Origin: Chiloscyllium plagiosum
Lineage: Eukaryota
Length of the DNA: 64,000 bases
Direction: 5' to 3'
NCBI RefSeq assembly: GCF_004010195.1
Contig: NC_057718.1
Location: 50,849,018-50,913,017 of the forward strand
Positions 51,887-64,000 of this stretch are shown here, one piece after another. Position numbers and translations under genes: made by a program. Numbering within the stretch: position 1 is the stretch's first letter; each line of letters begins with the position of its first letter. The notes under the pieces are model-generated. The model was not told the DNA's origin. It did no database searches and saw only the letters and a program-made list of their open reading frames with translations.

Positions 51887-53299
51887 CATTCACCAGAATT
51901 AATCGTGCCCTTGAACTGACACCTGCATACAAATTGGTCGATAATTTCATCTGGATGTTGATGATGTGGCATGAATTAAAGCTTGTGCATCCTGAAGTTG
52001 ACAGGAACATGAAGTTGATCTTCTTAAATCTGAAGAGTATTATTTCTTGAAAGCATCTCTATAGTCACTGAAGGAACTAATAGAGAATTTTATTCATAAT
52101 CTTTCACTTCTTAAAGTGAGAAGATGCTTCACTGCCTATTGTTCTTTGTCAGTTATATGCTGATCTATATAGTAAAGAATGACTAATTCTTTAAATGAGT
52201 GACGTTCTGACAGAATGTCAATGGAATGTCAATCCATGGTTAAGTGTGTTTTTGTTTCATTTCTCTTTGCAGATCACTGCTTTTTCTTTTAGAAGTACCG
52301 TGCAGTGATTGATTTATATTTTTATATTTGTTTCTCTCTCTTTTTTCACCCCTCTTCTGCTTCTCTTCCCTTCTTTTTCCTGTTTTGATTCTTCTTTTAT
52401 TTTTGCCGGCTGCTGCTCTTTTGAAACAGCAGGCTGGAGCCACTAGACAGCATTGCTGCTGAAGCACAAAGGAGATTGCAATGATGTAACAAGTGCCATT
52501 TTGGAGACTTCCTGCTATTTTTATAAAATGAAATGGCGGAACCTACCACCAGGTTTGAAGTATAGCAGAAAAGTGTCGAGATTTTTTTCAGCTCTGTCTG
52601 TGCTCCACTGACACTGATGAATAGTAGATACCTTGTGCTTTCTTAGGCATCCTGCCAGTTGGAAAATGAGAAGTTCAATTGTCACTTTATTGGCTAGGGA
52701 AAGCACTGCAGGACTAGACCACCGGAGAGATTAGGAGAGCCTGATCTTCATTAAGATAATTATAATTATTACATAATTATAAATGCTGAGAACAAGACTG
52801 CTCCATTTGGATAGATTGATGGATGTCTGTTAGGCAAAACAAACTTCACACAACTGCCACACTGTTGTCCTCTTTTCAGTCTTTAGTATCTGCATAGTTG
52901 TCATGACTAGCATGTTGCACCCAATTATCACCACCAGCTTTTAGTATATACCTACTGTCACTGTCTTTTTGAATGCATATCATGATGCCATTTGTGGTTT
53001 TCTATACACGTTAGCCTACATAAGACATACCGTAAATGGTTGGGTTCTGTTGTGTCAGATGTCATGAACTTCATTTACAATGCCAATAACAAGGCTACAA
53101 TATCCCAGAGTTACAAACATAGTCTGAGTTCTATGTTTACTGATATTCTTGTACATTACATACTCACAATCAAACAATTACACTGATTCTAATACAGAGA
53201 TAGTGATAGCAGGTGAGGTGGGCACCTTAAAACTGAAATATCACGTCAAGATGTCATGTAATTGTCTTAAGTGCACAGGCTTGTCTCATCTGGAATCTA

Positions 53300-53480
53300 G
53301 GTAAAAACAAGGACTGCAGACACTGGAAACCAGAATCTAGATTAGAGTGGTGCTGGAAAAGCACAGCAGGTCAGGCAGCATCTGAGGAGCAGGAAAATTG
53401 ACGTTTTGGGCAAAAGCCCTTCAACAGGAATAGAGGCAGGGAGCCTGCAGGGTGGAGAGATGGGAGGGGGATGGGATGGG
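53300..53480 (-). mobile_element. Solo PLE pLTR fragment with a degenerate hammerhead
   Basis: Reverse complement of 14360-14524; CTGTTGA-A-GGGCTTTTGCCC-AAAACGTC. Confidence 0.85.
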
Positions 53481-53987
53481 ACGTACCCTTTTTACATGGT
53501 TCACTCGTGATTTTGAACAGATATGAAACAGACTTTCAAACTGGTTACTACAATTTTCAGTATTTGCAAACCTGTATACTTATCCAACATAAATGATCAA
53601 TCTGCTTGATATTTTCCTTCTGATCTCTATTCCAAAAAGCTTTGGCATGATAATGAATATTTCTCCTATAGCAATGCTTGTAACCTTGACTTGACCTAAA
53701 AGGTCTCTAGAAACTTATTTTTTTTTCAAAATATCTCAGTCTGAAGTTTTTATCTTTGAGAATACTGAAAACTGGGATAAATGCCTTGTCAGTCAGCCTC
53801 AAGGTAAGTGGATTATACTGATTCTGTATAAAATGTAACTATTACGATCGCCAGAAGAATTTTCTACACATTCAGTTGCGATTTTTAACGGAATTGACGA
53901 TCATTCTTTGCATTGGACAAAGAAAAGGTGAGATCTTTCTTGCTGGAGCAAAGAAATAGTACCTTTCGTGAACCCTGGTTGCTCTTG

Positions 53988-54004
53988 GGTACCACCTAGT
54001 GGAA
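53988..54004 (-). promoter_or_regulatory. CTCF-like motif
   Basis: TTCCACTAGGTGGTACC compared with the core CCACYAGRKGGCR; lies in a CpG-retaining patch. Confidence 0.35.
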
Positions 54005-54871
54005 AGTTCAAGAGTGGAACCGGACAGAAGTGGCCACTTGCGAGATGTTAATGATAAACCACTTAAATCAAACAACCTCAAAAGAAAAGAACGGGAGAAA
54101 AATATATTTCAGAGATGTAATGAAATCAATATATACAAAGGTGTGATCATTTCTTGGTGTAATTTTTGTTAAATTAGAAGCTTAAATGTTACAGAAAGCA
54201 AAATAGGTTGAAACGGCACCGAAGCAATAAACTGAACATACAAGTCACGGGATTTCTTTTGCGTGTATAACAGCTCTAAAATCAAGTTCATAACTTAATC
54301 ACTTTCGCGGATATTTTCGTGCATATAAAATGTTCATTATTTATAAGTCAATACAATATTGCAATAAAAGAGCAAATTTCGCAAGAAGGTTTTTGAAAAT
54401 TCCTGTCTACACTAACTTATGAGAAAATGCAAGGTCATTAAAACAAATTGCCTTTAAAGTAGCAGAGTGAATAGAAACCAGCATCCTAATTGTGTTGAGA
54501 CTTTTCCAAGTATCCAATTAAGAAATACAAAGGCAAGTAAAACTGCACTTTTACATTTTCATATCACTATATTTTTTTAAAACATCAGTCTATCTTAAAA
54601 CTAATGCAATGAACTACATCCAAAATGATGATATGGGAACACTTGAATATACTGTGTGAATGTTATTACTATTTAAATATACCATAATTGAATGCCTTTT
54701 TTTGAACAGCATAAGTGAACCATTAGAAGAAATGGAAGAGTTCCTGCAGAAGAATATACAGCTTGTTTAGGTACTGTTGTGACATAGTAAACAAGGACAA
54801 CAGAACATGGGCTTCATGCACCACCTCTAGATACATGGTAGGTCCAGAATGTGTGCAAGACAAGTCATTCC

Positions 54872-55185
54872 ATAAGACCAAAAGACATAGGAGCAGAAGT
54901 TAGGCCATTCAAACCATCGAGTCTGCTGCACCATTCAATTATGGCTGAAAGGTTTCTCAACTCATTTCCCTGCTATCTCCCTGTAACCTTGATTGCTTTT
55001 ACAATCAAGAAGCTCGCTATCTCAGTCTTAAATACACTCAATGACCTGATCTCCACAGCCTTTGGTGGCAATGAATTCCATAGATTCACCACTCTCTAGC
55101 TGAAGAAGTTTCTCCTCATCTCCGCCGTGCCCTCAGGTCCTATTCTCTCCTACCAATGGAAACATCATCCCCCAACATCCACTTA
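54872..55185 (-). mobile_element. CR1 3' fragment
   Basis: Reverse complement of the 27930-28258 type end. Confidence 0.85.
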
Positions 55186-55795
55186 AATAGGTTTGATTAC
55201 TATTCCAGGTATTAAAGAGAGAAAATACTCAAGGCAGCCAGCATCTTAAGAGAAGAATATACAAATTAATATTTTAGATGCAGAATCTTCTCAGGAGAAA
55301 TCAGATGACTATGATTTAAAAAGGAATAAAGCAAAGGGAAAGAAGAGGGAAAAGACACACATATAACCAAACAAGGCAGACAGGTAGATTACTGTTTGGT
55401 GTTGAAACTATCAGATCTCTGTGCTGAGTAGTGACCTTCACCTACAGGTTGGGCCTGCTTTTTCTACTGCAAGTCTTTCAGGCTAACAGAGTCCAAATCA
55501 CTTAGCCAGTTTCTCATGCTTCTTCTCTGCCTGTCCCACTTCAATTGTTTAACTATTTCCTGTTTCTTTACTGGAACACAGCATAGGTCAATATATTCCT
55601 TCCTTTGGATCAATATGTTTTGCCCTCTCTTCATTTCACTTCTCTTCCTTTTGAAATGCCACCCATTTTAGCTCTGCCTAGTACAGCCAGTTGTAAGCAC
55701 TAAGATGGCTCATTGAGTACATTCTTGTCTCTGAGTCAGATGGTTGAGGGTGCAAGTCCAATCCAGAGACTTGTGCACAGAAACCTAGGCTAACA

Positions 55796-56944
55796 GCAGG
55801 ATATAGATAAATTGCAGATTTGCAAAGAGAAATGGTCGATGGAGTTTAATCCGGACAAATGTGAGTTGATGCATTTTGGAAGATCAAATTCAGTTGCAAA
55901 TTATACAATAAATTGCAGAAAATTAGGAGCATTGACAAACAGAGGGATCTGGGCGTACAGGTCCCTGAAAGTGGCAACACATGTGGATAAAAGTGGTCAA
56001 GAAGGCATACAGCATGTTTGCCTTCAAAGACCAGGGTATCGAATATAAAAGTCGGCAACTTATGTTATAGCTGTATAAAACTTTAGTTAGGCAACATTTG
56101 GAATATTGTGTGCAGTTCTTTTCACCACACTACTGGGCGACATGGTGGCTCAGTGGTTAGCACTGCTGCCTCACAGCACCAGGGACCTGGGTTTGATTCT
56201 CGTCTCGGGTGACTGACTGTGTGGAGTTTGCACATTCTCCCTGTGTCTACGTGGGTTTCCTCCGGGTGCTCTGGTTTCCTCCCACAGTCCAAAGATGTGC
56301 AGGCCAGGTGAATTGGCCATGCTAAATTGCCCACAGTGTTAGGTGCATTAGTCAGAGGGAAATGGGTCTGGGTGGGTTACTCCTCGGAGGGTCGGTGTGG
56401 GCTTGTTGGGCTGAAGAACCTGTTTCCACACTGTAGGGAATCTAATCTAATCAGAAGGACGTGGACACTTTGGAGAAGGTTTACCAGGTTGTTGCCTGGT
56501 CTGGAGGGTTTTAGTTATGATGAAAGGTTGAATAAACCTGGATTGTTTTCATTGGAAAGACAGAGGCTGAGGGGCGATCTGATAGAAGTCTACAAAATTA
56601 TGAGAGGTATAGGCAGGATGGATATTCAGAGGCTTATCCCCAGGGTGAAAAGTTCAACTACAAGTGAGCGCATATTCAAGGTGAGGGGGGAATGTTTAGG
56701 GGAGAAGTGCAGGAAAAATGCTTCATCACAGAGGGTGGCGGGTGCCTAGAACGTACAGCCAGTGGAGGTGGTGGAAGAAGGCACGTTAACAACATTTAAG
56801 ATGTACCTTGATAGACACATGAACAGGAGGTGAAGAGAGGAATAGAAACCACGTATGGGCAATAAGTAGTGGGTCTAAATAAGTGCTAAGTATCAGTGCA
56901 GGCTTGGTGGGCCGAAGGGCCTGTTCCTGTGCTATATTATTCTA
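55796..56944 (+). mobile_element. CR1 3' part, interrupted by an HE1 SINE
   Basis: KWSMEFNPDKCELMHFGRSN and RFTRLLPGLEGFSYDERL..RLRGDLIEVYKIM. Confidence 0.9.
56134..56451 (+). mobile_element. HE1-type SINE nested in CR1
   Basis: Full head, core and TCTAA tail; the CR1 resumes at cagaaggac. Confidence 0.92.
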
Positions 56945-57886
56945 ATGCCACAGTGCAGTATGAAACAAATGTTACATTTTCAGAGAAGCCATTTTGGAGA
57001 TGAGATGTCAAAATAAGGCCCTGTCTGTTCTCTCAGATGGACATAAAAGACTCTGCAGCATTATTTCAAGGAAGACTGGCAGGGAGGGGTGTCCATCAAT
57101 CAATAAAGAGAAAATGTTTTCTGATCATTGTAACTATGTTTTGGGAGTTTAGTGTACAATTTGGTTGTCTCATTACCTATACTACAACAGTGACAACACT
57201 TTACGTGCACTTCATTTGCTTTAGAATATCCCGTGGTCACAAAAGGTGCAATCTAGCTCATGGCTCTCTTTCCACTAACTTGCCTTACCTTCTCAGCTAC
57301 CGACTGCCCTGTTGACTGATTGCAGCATGACATGCTTTGCTCAGCTTTTCGGTTGTTTTTCAAACAAAAATGTCCAATTCTACTAATTGGACAAATCAAA
57401 TCTAAACAGACTCTTGTTTAAAAATGCTCTGAACTGCAATTAACAAATTGTCAACTATCTGCTTGAAATTCTAAAACCAATCAAAGTCACTTTCTATCCA
57501 TATTTTGGCATCATCGATATTTGTAAATAGAATCAGTGAACAGCAACAACAATTGGCAACATGCATGGCAACTGTCCAAATTTCCTGCTGCCAGCCAGTG
57601 TATCGGTGATATATGACAGACCCATTTATTATCAATTTTGTTCTGATCATTGGTGGAGTGACTGTACTTGCTGTTTTAAAATAGGATCTTCACCAACTAG
57701 AACTTAATCGATACAGCCAATTCAAGTAGGACTGCTGATGGAAGTGGACCAGATGAAAATGGAAATGGAGAAAATTTAATGATGTGAACCATTCCCTCAA
57801 ACCCTGAGAAATACACCATCAATTTTATATCCTCAATGTTTATGCATCTCCCAATAAGTTTCACATACCTATGTTTTTATCTTAAC

Positions 57887-58113
57887 CATAAGATTCAGGA
57901 GTAGAAGTAGAATGTTTGGCTTATCAGGTCTGCTCTGCTATTCAATTAGATCACAACTGATCTGATCATCCTCAACTCCATTGTTATGCTTGGTCCCATA
58001 AACCTTGATTCCTCTGTTTATTAAAAATATTGACCTCAGCCTTGAATATACTTATCGACCCAGTTTTTATAGCCCTCTGCAGTAAAGAAATCCACAGATT
58101 CAATACCCTCTGA
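57887..58113 (-). mobile_element. CR1 3' tail fragment
   Basis: Reverse-complement homology to 29870-30102. Confidence 0.75.
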
Positions 58114-58435
58114 GGTTTTTTAAAAATGCAAGTGAAGAAATGCTGCATATTCTTGTGGTTTAGTGTTACATACTAAATGCAACTACATGTTTTCAACAGT
58201 AAGCTTTTAATCAGGGATGCTCTTGTGTTGTCAGTTTTTTTTTTAGGAGGGCTGGGCAGTGGTGTGAGCTATTTTTGAAGCCATTAGTAAGTTTTTGCTA
58301 CCGTTCTTGGTTGAGAATGTGTTAAACAGTGATGCAGATGTGAGCAAAACGCCAGGTTTTCTAGCCTCTGCCCTCCCCATAGGTTGGAACTTATATTGGC
58401 CTCTCGCAATGGGGAGTGACAGGTCCTTGCTTAGG

Positions 58436-58750
58436 TCAGGTGGCTCAGTGGTTAGCACTGCTGCCTCACAGCACCAGGGTCCCAGGTTCGACTCCAGCCT
58501 CGGGTGACTGTCTGTGTGGAGTTTGCACATTCTCCCTGTGTCTGTGTGGGTTTCCTCCGGGTGCTCTGTTTTCCTCCCACAGTCCAAAGCTGTGCAAGGC
58601 AGGTGAATTGGCCATGCTAAATTGTCCATAGTATTAGGTGCATTAGTCAGAGGGGAATGGTTCTGGGTGGGTTACTCTTCGGAGGGTCGGTATGGACTTG
58701 TTGGGCCGAAGGGCCTGTTTCCACACTGTAGGGAAGCTAACCTAATCTAA
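58436..58750 (+). mobile_element. HE1-type SINE
   Basis: GGCTCAGTGG and GGTTCGACTCC boxes, core and tail. Confidence 0.92.
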
Positions 58751-60559
58751 AATAATCTGATTCTTGTATGGAATGCAAAGTGATCACAAGGAGGAATCCA
58801 GAGTACTAAAATGCTCTCCTGGAGGAACCATTTCTAGAGCAGCAAAAATTAGAAGGTATAATTTATTACTGGGTTTATCATGTTTAGCACAGTTGCCTGG
58901 AACATTGGGTTGATTTTACTCTTACAGACTATGCTAGGCACCAGTGGTGCAGTATACCAGAAGTATGCCATATCTGTGAGGAAAATGCTGCATCTAACCT
59001 ATATACTGGCTTGATCTAGAACCCTTCTGACATATGTCCTCCTTCTACAAGCTGTCCTCAGGATGAACTTTGTGTTGACATAGTGAATCAGAAGCATTGC
59101 TGCAGCCTTTGAGTGAGCAACACACAGAAAGCCCTGACATCTGACAATCATCTTGAGTGTGGTCCCAAATATACAAAGAATTCAAGACCTTCTTGGATGC
59201 TTGACTTTCGGTGAAACTCAACAGTTTTCAGAATCACAGTGGGACTTAAAATTCTAGCATAAATCCCATTCACAGGTTTTCAAGGTGGCTCTATTTTCAG
59301 GAATCCTATCAGAGAAGGGGAAGTGATGTGGGAAGCCAGATAGAGACTCCCCAACCCATCTCATTCAATCTAAAGCTGCGGATATAGCTATAGACAAGTT
59401 AAGGAATGTGGGAATGGGTGGGAAAGTGGACACCAGTTGCCATAATTTGGAGTGTGCAGCAAGTTCAATGCACTATACAGTCCTCACATGCCACTGTTGT
59501 GTTCGTACACTAGCCCCAAGCTTAATGCATGCATAATCTCCATTCTGTCCATTTGAGCAACTTGAGCTCATTCCAAAGCATGATTTAAGGGTTGGAACCC
59601 TGATCTAATGGTGTTTAATTCTATTTTCTCTTTGCTATTCTTGATTTTACACTAATTAGTGCAAGATGACCATTTTTGGCAGCATGCCTTTTTTTTCCAG
59701 AAATACTCATGGTCTGCACCACCCACTAGATATTCTCACTTTTAATGTTAATCAATCGCTTTGTTAAAGTATGGAGCAATGGGTGGAACATGCTTCCAGG
59801 AGGCGAGGAAGGTCTACTAAGAGGACAGTAGAATTGTACATGAAAGAGTGATTAGATCAACTGAGCCAAGGGAACATATTTTATTCCAAATTATCATGAG
59901 TTACCAATTTTCATATTCATTTCCATAACAGACTGCCTCATAACTGATTGTGCTCCATTAAATTCCTTAACTTCTCATCCATCTCATCAACCCCCTCTCA
60001 TAGATGAGGAACAATCAAACAAGAAAATAATGGAAAATCAAAAATAGATCAATACCACAATGTTCATTTCAAAAATTGGTGTTCTACAACATAGCTTTCA
60101 AACTCAATTTATTTTATGTACAGGCAGATATTCAAAGACCACACTATCCATTTCCACGGGTTTCATTTTCATGCCACTTTGAAGCCCAATCAATTCCAAA
60201 TATGTACAAAACCAAAAAGGTATGTTTCCTTCGTGATGCAGAGTGGTTTACTGCTGTTGCAATGCATTTAGAAACTGACTGATATTTTCATGACGGATGA
60301 ATTTACAGCAGTTCTACTGAATTCCCTGCAACTCATCACCATTTACATTTTTCAATTTTTATGATAATTATGTTTTGAAATTGCTTTTTAGAGAATTTCA
60401 GGATGCCAGTCTTGTAATTAGAACTGCCTTGAAGTACATACCAAAACTCTCATTCAATGACAAGATTACAAAGAATGCTCCACTAATCCAGCTGATCTTC
60501 TTTTTCTCCATTCTCCCAATGCTCCTTTTATTTGCCACTCATTTATCCACACACCCACA

Positions 60560-62500
60560 AACAATATTTTTGTTTTCTCTCTCTTTCTACTTGCAGTGAC
60601 TTTGCAGTTCTTGCCAAAACAATTTTTGACATAGTGCTCCGCCAGGTATTCTTTCCAATACTGCCATGGCCCCACTTTCTCTTTCTTGCAATCACTAGAG
60701 TGGAGTTTTCATGATGTTACTTTGGGGATTTCTAAAAAAACACCTGCTTCCAGTCTGTCACCAATCTGCAGTTGTGAAGCATAAAGCCAAATAACAAAGA
60801 ACAACTGAGAGTACAGGATATCAATAACTTATAGAGATCTTATTTTATACATGTAGGAACTAGAACTTAACAAAGCAGCAATTTGACCCCTTTAGAAACT
60901 TGTCCTACCATATTTTCTCACCAACACAAACAGTAAGTATTGATTATTCCATGTCTAATAACAGAGAGATACAATCAAGATAGCCTAATGTTATACTCTG
61001 TCAATCCAGTTTAAATTTCAACAATGATACATATTATAAATGGGGAATTATTCATTTATGAGTACTTGTAGATTGTTATGAAAGCATCTAAAATTTTATA
61101 AGAAGAAACATTGAAAAAATGTTTAATTACACTGCATGACATTTCAAATTAAAGAGAGTTTGGGACTGTTTTATCTTCAAAACATATTCTGAGGCAATGC
61201 TTCATTTCAACATCTTCCAGGCCAGTCAGTTTTTAAAAAAATGAACAACTCACCAGATGACCATTCCCTTTCGTACTGAAGGCAGTATCATCTTAAGGCA
61301 GGAGGCTGGAGTTACAGAATCAGCAGCGGAAGCATCTTCCTCAGAATTATACGGCCATGGAGTCACATTAGTCACTAATTCTATCAGTTAATGCCATTCC
61401 AGTCAGTTCACAGCTTCAATATAGGTTCCTTGATCCATTGTTACATAATCAGACTGAGTGATCAGTCCGGCTTGCAAGAGCTGTCCACAAACTCTCAAAA
61501 GCTCAGGTTCAGCTGTATTTTCTTTCAGCTGCACCCATTTTATATCTTTCCTTTACTGACCATAACCATAGCAAAATGAAGTTTGCAATATTGTTTTGAT
61601 TAAAAATTCATGGCAATGAATAAACTGATTAAAAACTCAGTCTGTAAGGAGCTAGTCATTTTCCAGGGGTTAAAAATAAACCTTGCCAGTTACCATCCAG
61701 AGGTTTCATAACTCGAGCATCCATTAGTTAACCTTGGAATGGTATTCTTCAGAAGCCTGACAAGTTCCACATTTGTTAAGCCAGAAATGTCACGATATAC
61801 AGGGCAGTGTGTTTTTGCATTGGAGATTTGACATTTTATTGCACAGATTGAAGAAACCCAAATAAAATCAGAACAGTCATCTAAAATTGCTGATTGAAAT
61901 AATAACTGATGATTACAGAAAATGTTTGGACATTTTTGAATTGCCTTAATTGTTCTTTTCTTTTTTACCAAAGCAGACATTTTCCAGATCCATTTATATA
62001 GGTGACAACAAAAGGAGTCTGCTTCTCTTGCTGTTTCCCAACAATATAATTCCTGTCATGAAAGGAGGAAAACACTCTTGGAAGAAGCTTCCAGAAACGT
62101 TCTGTGCCACTGAGCGCATCATACGTTCAGCACTCTTAAAAGAATGCAGGGGGAGATTGACAAACGCCTTCAATTTGTCATTTCAGGGGTCATTTAATTG
62201 GTCTCTCTGACCATTTTCTTTTGAGTAATGACAAGAAAAGTTTTCGCTCTACACCCAGGTTGACCTTAGAGAGATCACCAAACCCAATTTCTCTTGCAAT
62301 TTTGACAGTTTTTTCCAATAACATTTGATCAGAAATCCTCAAGAGACTTTTAATTGCTGGCTGCCTTGAAACATTTAAAAAGTTCAGCTCCAAAACTATA
62401 ATGTTTGGCAGTGGACAACCATTTCAAGTTATTTCTGAAACCATTTTTCATACATTTCAAGACAGAATCCCATTCAGCATTGTAGATTTTTTTTTGAGAG
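60560..62500 (-). pseudogene. Possible decayed protein-coding remnant (death-fold-like)
   Basis: Several adjacent open stretches, one GTGAGT donor and one pyrimidine-CAG acceptor, weak death-domain-like peptides; many stops. Confidence 0.2.
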
Positions 62501-62676
62501 CTGGCTAAATGGATTTTACAAATTCATTTTTGTGACATTCACTTTTTGGCCTGAACAGTTACTTTCTTTTAAACTTTTGTCTTAAATTTAGATTGCTATA
62601 GCCTTTTTAAAAAAAAAGATTTCACTTTCACAGACATAAGACTTAAGACTGCACTGCACCAGCATCTATTAAATAC

Positions 62677-63577
62677 TGCGATGATCCCAGCTTTGTTTGG
62701 TCTGGACAATCAGATCCCAGATTGAAATCTGGCTTCATAGATATATTTTTTTAAATTTAAATGAAGTACCCTTTCACTGAAGTGCAAGCACATAATGCAG
62801 CAAATCTGCTTTTAACAAGAAGCCAGGAGCTTATTATGTAAAAGAAAAGAACTTAGACAGAACAAACCAAACTATTTACACATGATTCAAGTTGAAAGAA
62901 ATCAAACCTTATATTTGAAATGTACTGCATTCAATCTCTCTTATGAGGGGATTTAGTCGTTAACTTGTTAATATTTACAGAGCTATGTATTGTTTTGCAG
63001 AACAAACCAAACTATTTACACATGATTCAAGTTGAAAGAAATCAAACCTTATATTTGAAATGTATTGCATTCAATCTAACCCAACAGTATCTTCTTACTG
63101 CACTCAAAAACTAAAGGCAATGCCTATCTCTATCATTTCTGTGGGTTTGACTTTACTGTTGCTTTCAACTCCTGGTCCTGAGAGTCTGATAACTGCTTCC
63201 TTGAGCATTCTCAGAACTGAGTTTAGAGTTTCTCAGCTTCAAGTAAGTGCAGGGTTCTAACAAAACACTTCTGGTCTGGAACTTCCAAACAGAAACCCTT
63301 GCACTAAGATAATATATTTCCTAATTTTTCTGAACTAACTCTTTTCTCTTCAAGAAATTGTTCCAACTTCAACCAGGGCATCTGTGAACTGATATTAAAA
63401 GCTTTCCAAGCTATTGATGCTACCCCAAAGTCATAAAAATGGGATCCTTAATCTTTCTAACTTGAAACTAGGCTAATGCTCTTCAAGTTTACTTCCTCTG
63501 CCTGCAAAACTTTCCCAATGTATACACATTCCCATTAGCACTACAGGAACTCTCTCTGTCATACACATTTCAAAACA
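62677..63577 (-). mobile_element. Possible solo LTR
   Basis: TG...CA ends (tgcgatga...tcaaaaca) with ATAC on both flanks; the right boundary is uncertain. Confidence 0.3.
62858..63077 (+). repeat. 80-bp direct duplication enclosing an inverted templated insert
   Basis: 62858-62937 equals 62998-63077 (1 mismatch); 62934-62997 is the reverse complement of 63571-63634. Confidence 0.95.
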
Positions 63578-64000
63578 ATACATAGCTCTGTAAATATTAA
63601 CAAGTTAACGACTAAATCCCCTCATAAGAGAGATCAAAACCCACATGTCACTAGTTCAGAATCCAAATTCAAAAATAAAAGAACCAAACATTAAAATAGT
63701 CTCTGCTAATTAATTACCCTTGTATGAACCTCCATTCTTTCTGGTCAATATTTAGCTTTCTCTATCCATGTGTACTGTTATCGCCTTCCTGATGATTAGA
63801 TAAATCAATGCTGGGATGTGGACCTCTTCCACTCTGCAACTCCATTCTGTTAGTATCAACCATCTGTCTCTTTCTATGTTTTTATCTCTCTCTGTCTCTG
63901 TGCCAGACATCTCATTCATTGTCAAACATTAATCTCTCTTTGAAAACTTTAATAATCAGAAACTTGGCTGACCAATTTGTTGGCTCACAGTTTTGACAAC

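Larger units (their letters stand above)
55700..57255 (+). mobile_element. Deu-domain SINE (SacSINE1-like), split by a CR1 insertion
   Basis: tRNA-like head at 55700-55795; from about 56945 a Deu-like core gatgagatgtcaaaataaggccctgtctgttctctcagatggacataaaagac and tail tacaacagtgacaacactt. Confidence 0.7.

Noticed and set aside
50284..52010. 562-aa and other long ORFs crossing the gap
   Set aside because: Their length comes from the N run; the real part is a frameshifted PLE RT.
61975..62020. Walker A motif (INGSGK)
   Set aside because: It lacks the first Gly and the following S/T and sits among stop codons; not supportable alone.

Overview
Eukaryotic, repeat-rich DNA with no intact host gene that I can recognise. 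It is almost certainly from a cartilaginous fish: it carries HE1-type tRNA SINEs with (TCTAA)n tails, CR1/HER1-type LINEs and a Deu-domain (SacSINE1-like) SINE. All recognisable ORF-track proteins are retroelement fragments. The most structured signal is a Penelope-like element (PLE) system. It includes a decayed RT + GIY-YIG copy, nested copies, solo pseudo-LTRs (pLTRs) and short fold-back elements made of two inverted pLTR ends. Many of these carry a minimal hammerhead-ribozyme motif (consensus CTGATGA-A-GGGC-TTTT-GCCC-GAAACGTC) and are flanked by 7-17 bp target-site-like duplications. There are two multi-level nested insertions; one is a PLE holding about 1.8 kb of foreign DNA. Other features are a template-switch scar near 63 kb, a CpG-retaining patch with a CTCF-like motif, and a weak candidate decayed death-fold gene at 60.5-62.5 kb. 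Two assembly gaps fall inside PLE copies. Family names come from recalled consensus features, not database searches. Boundaries are approximate unless a TSD or TIR is quoted.
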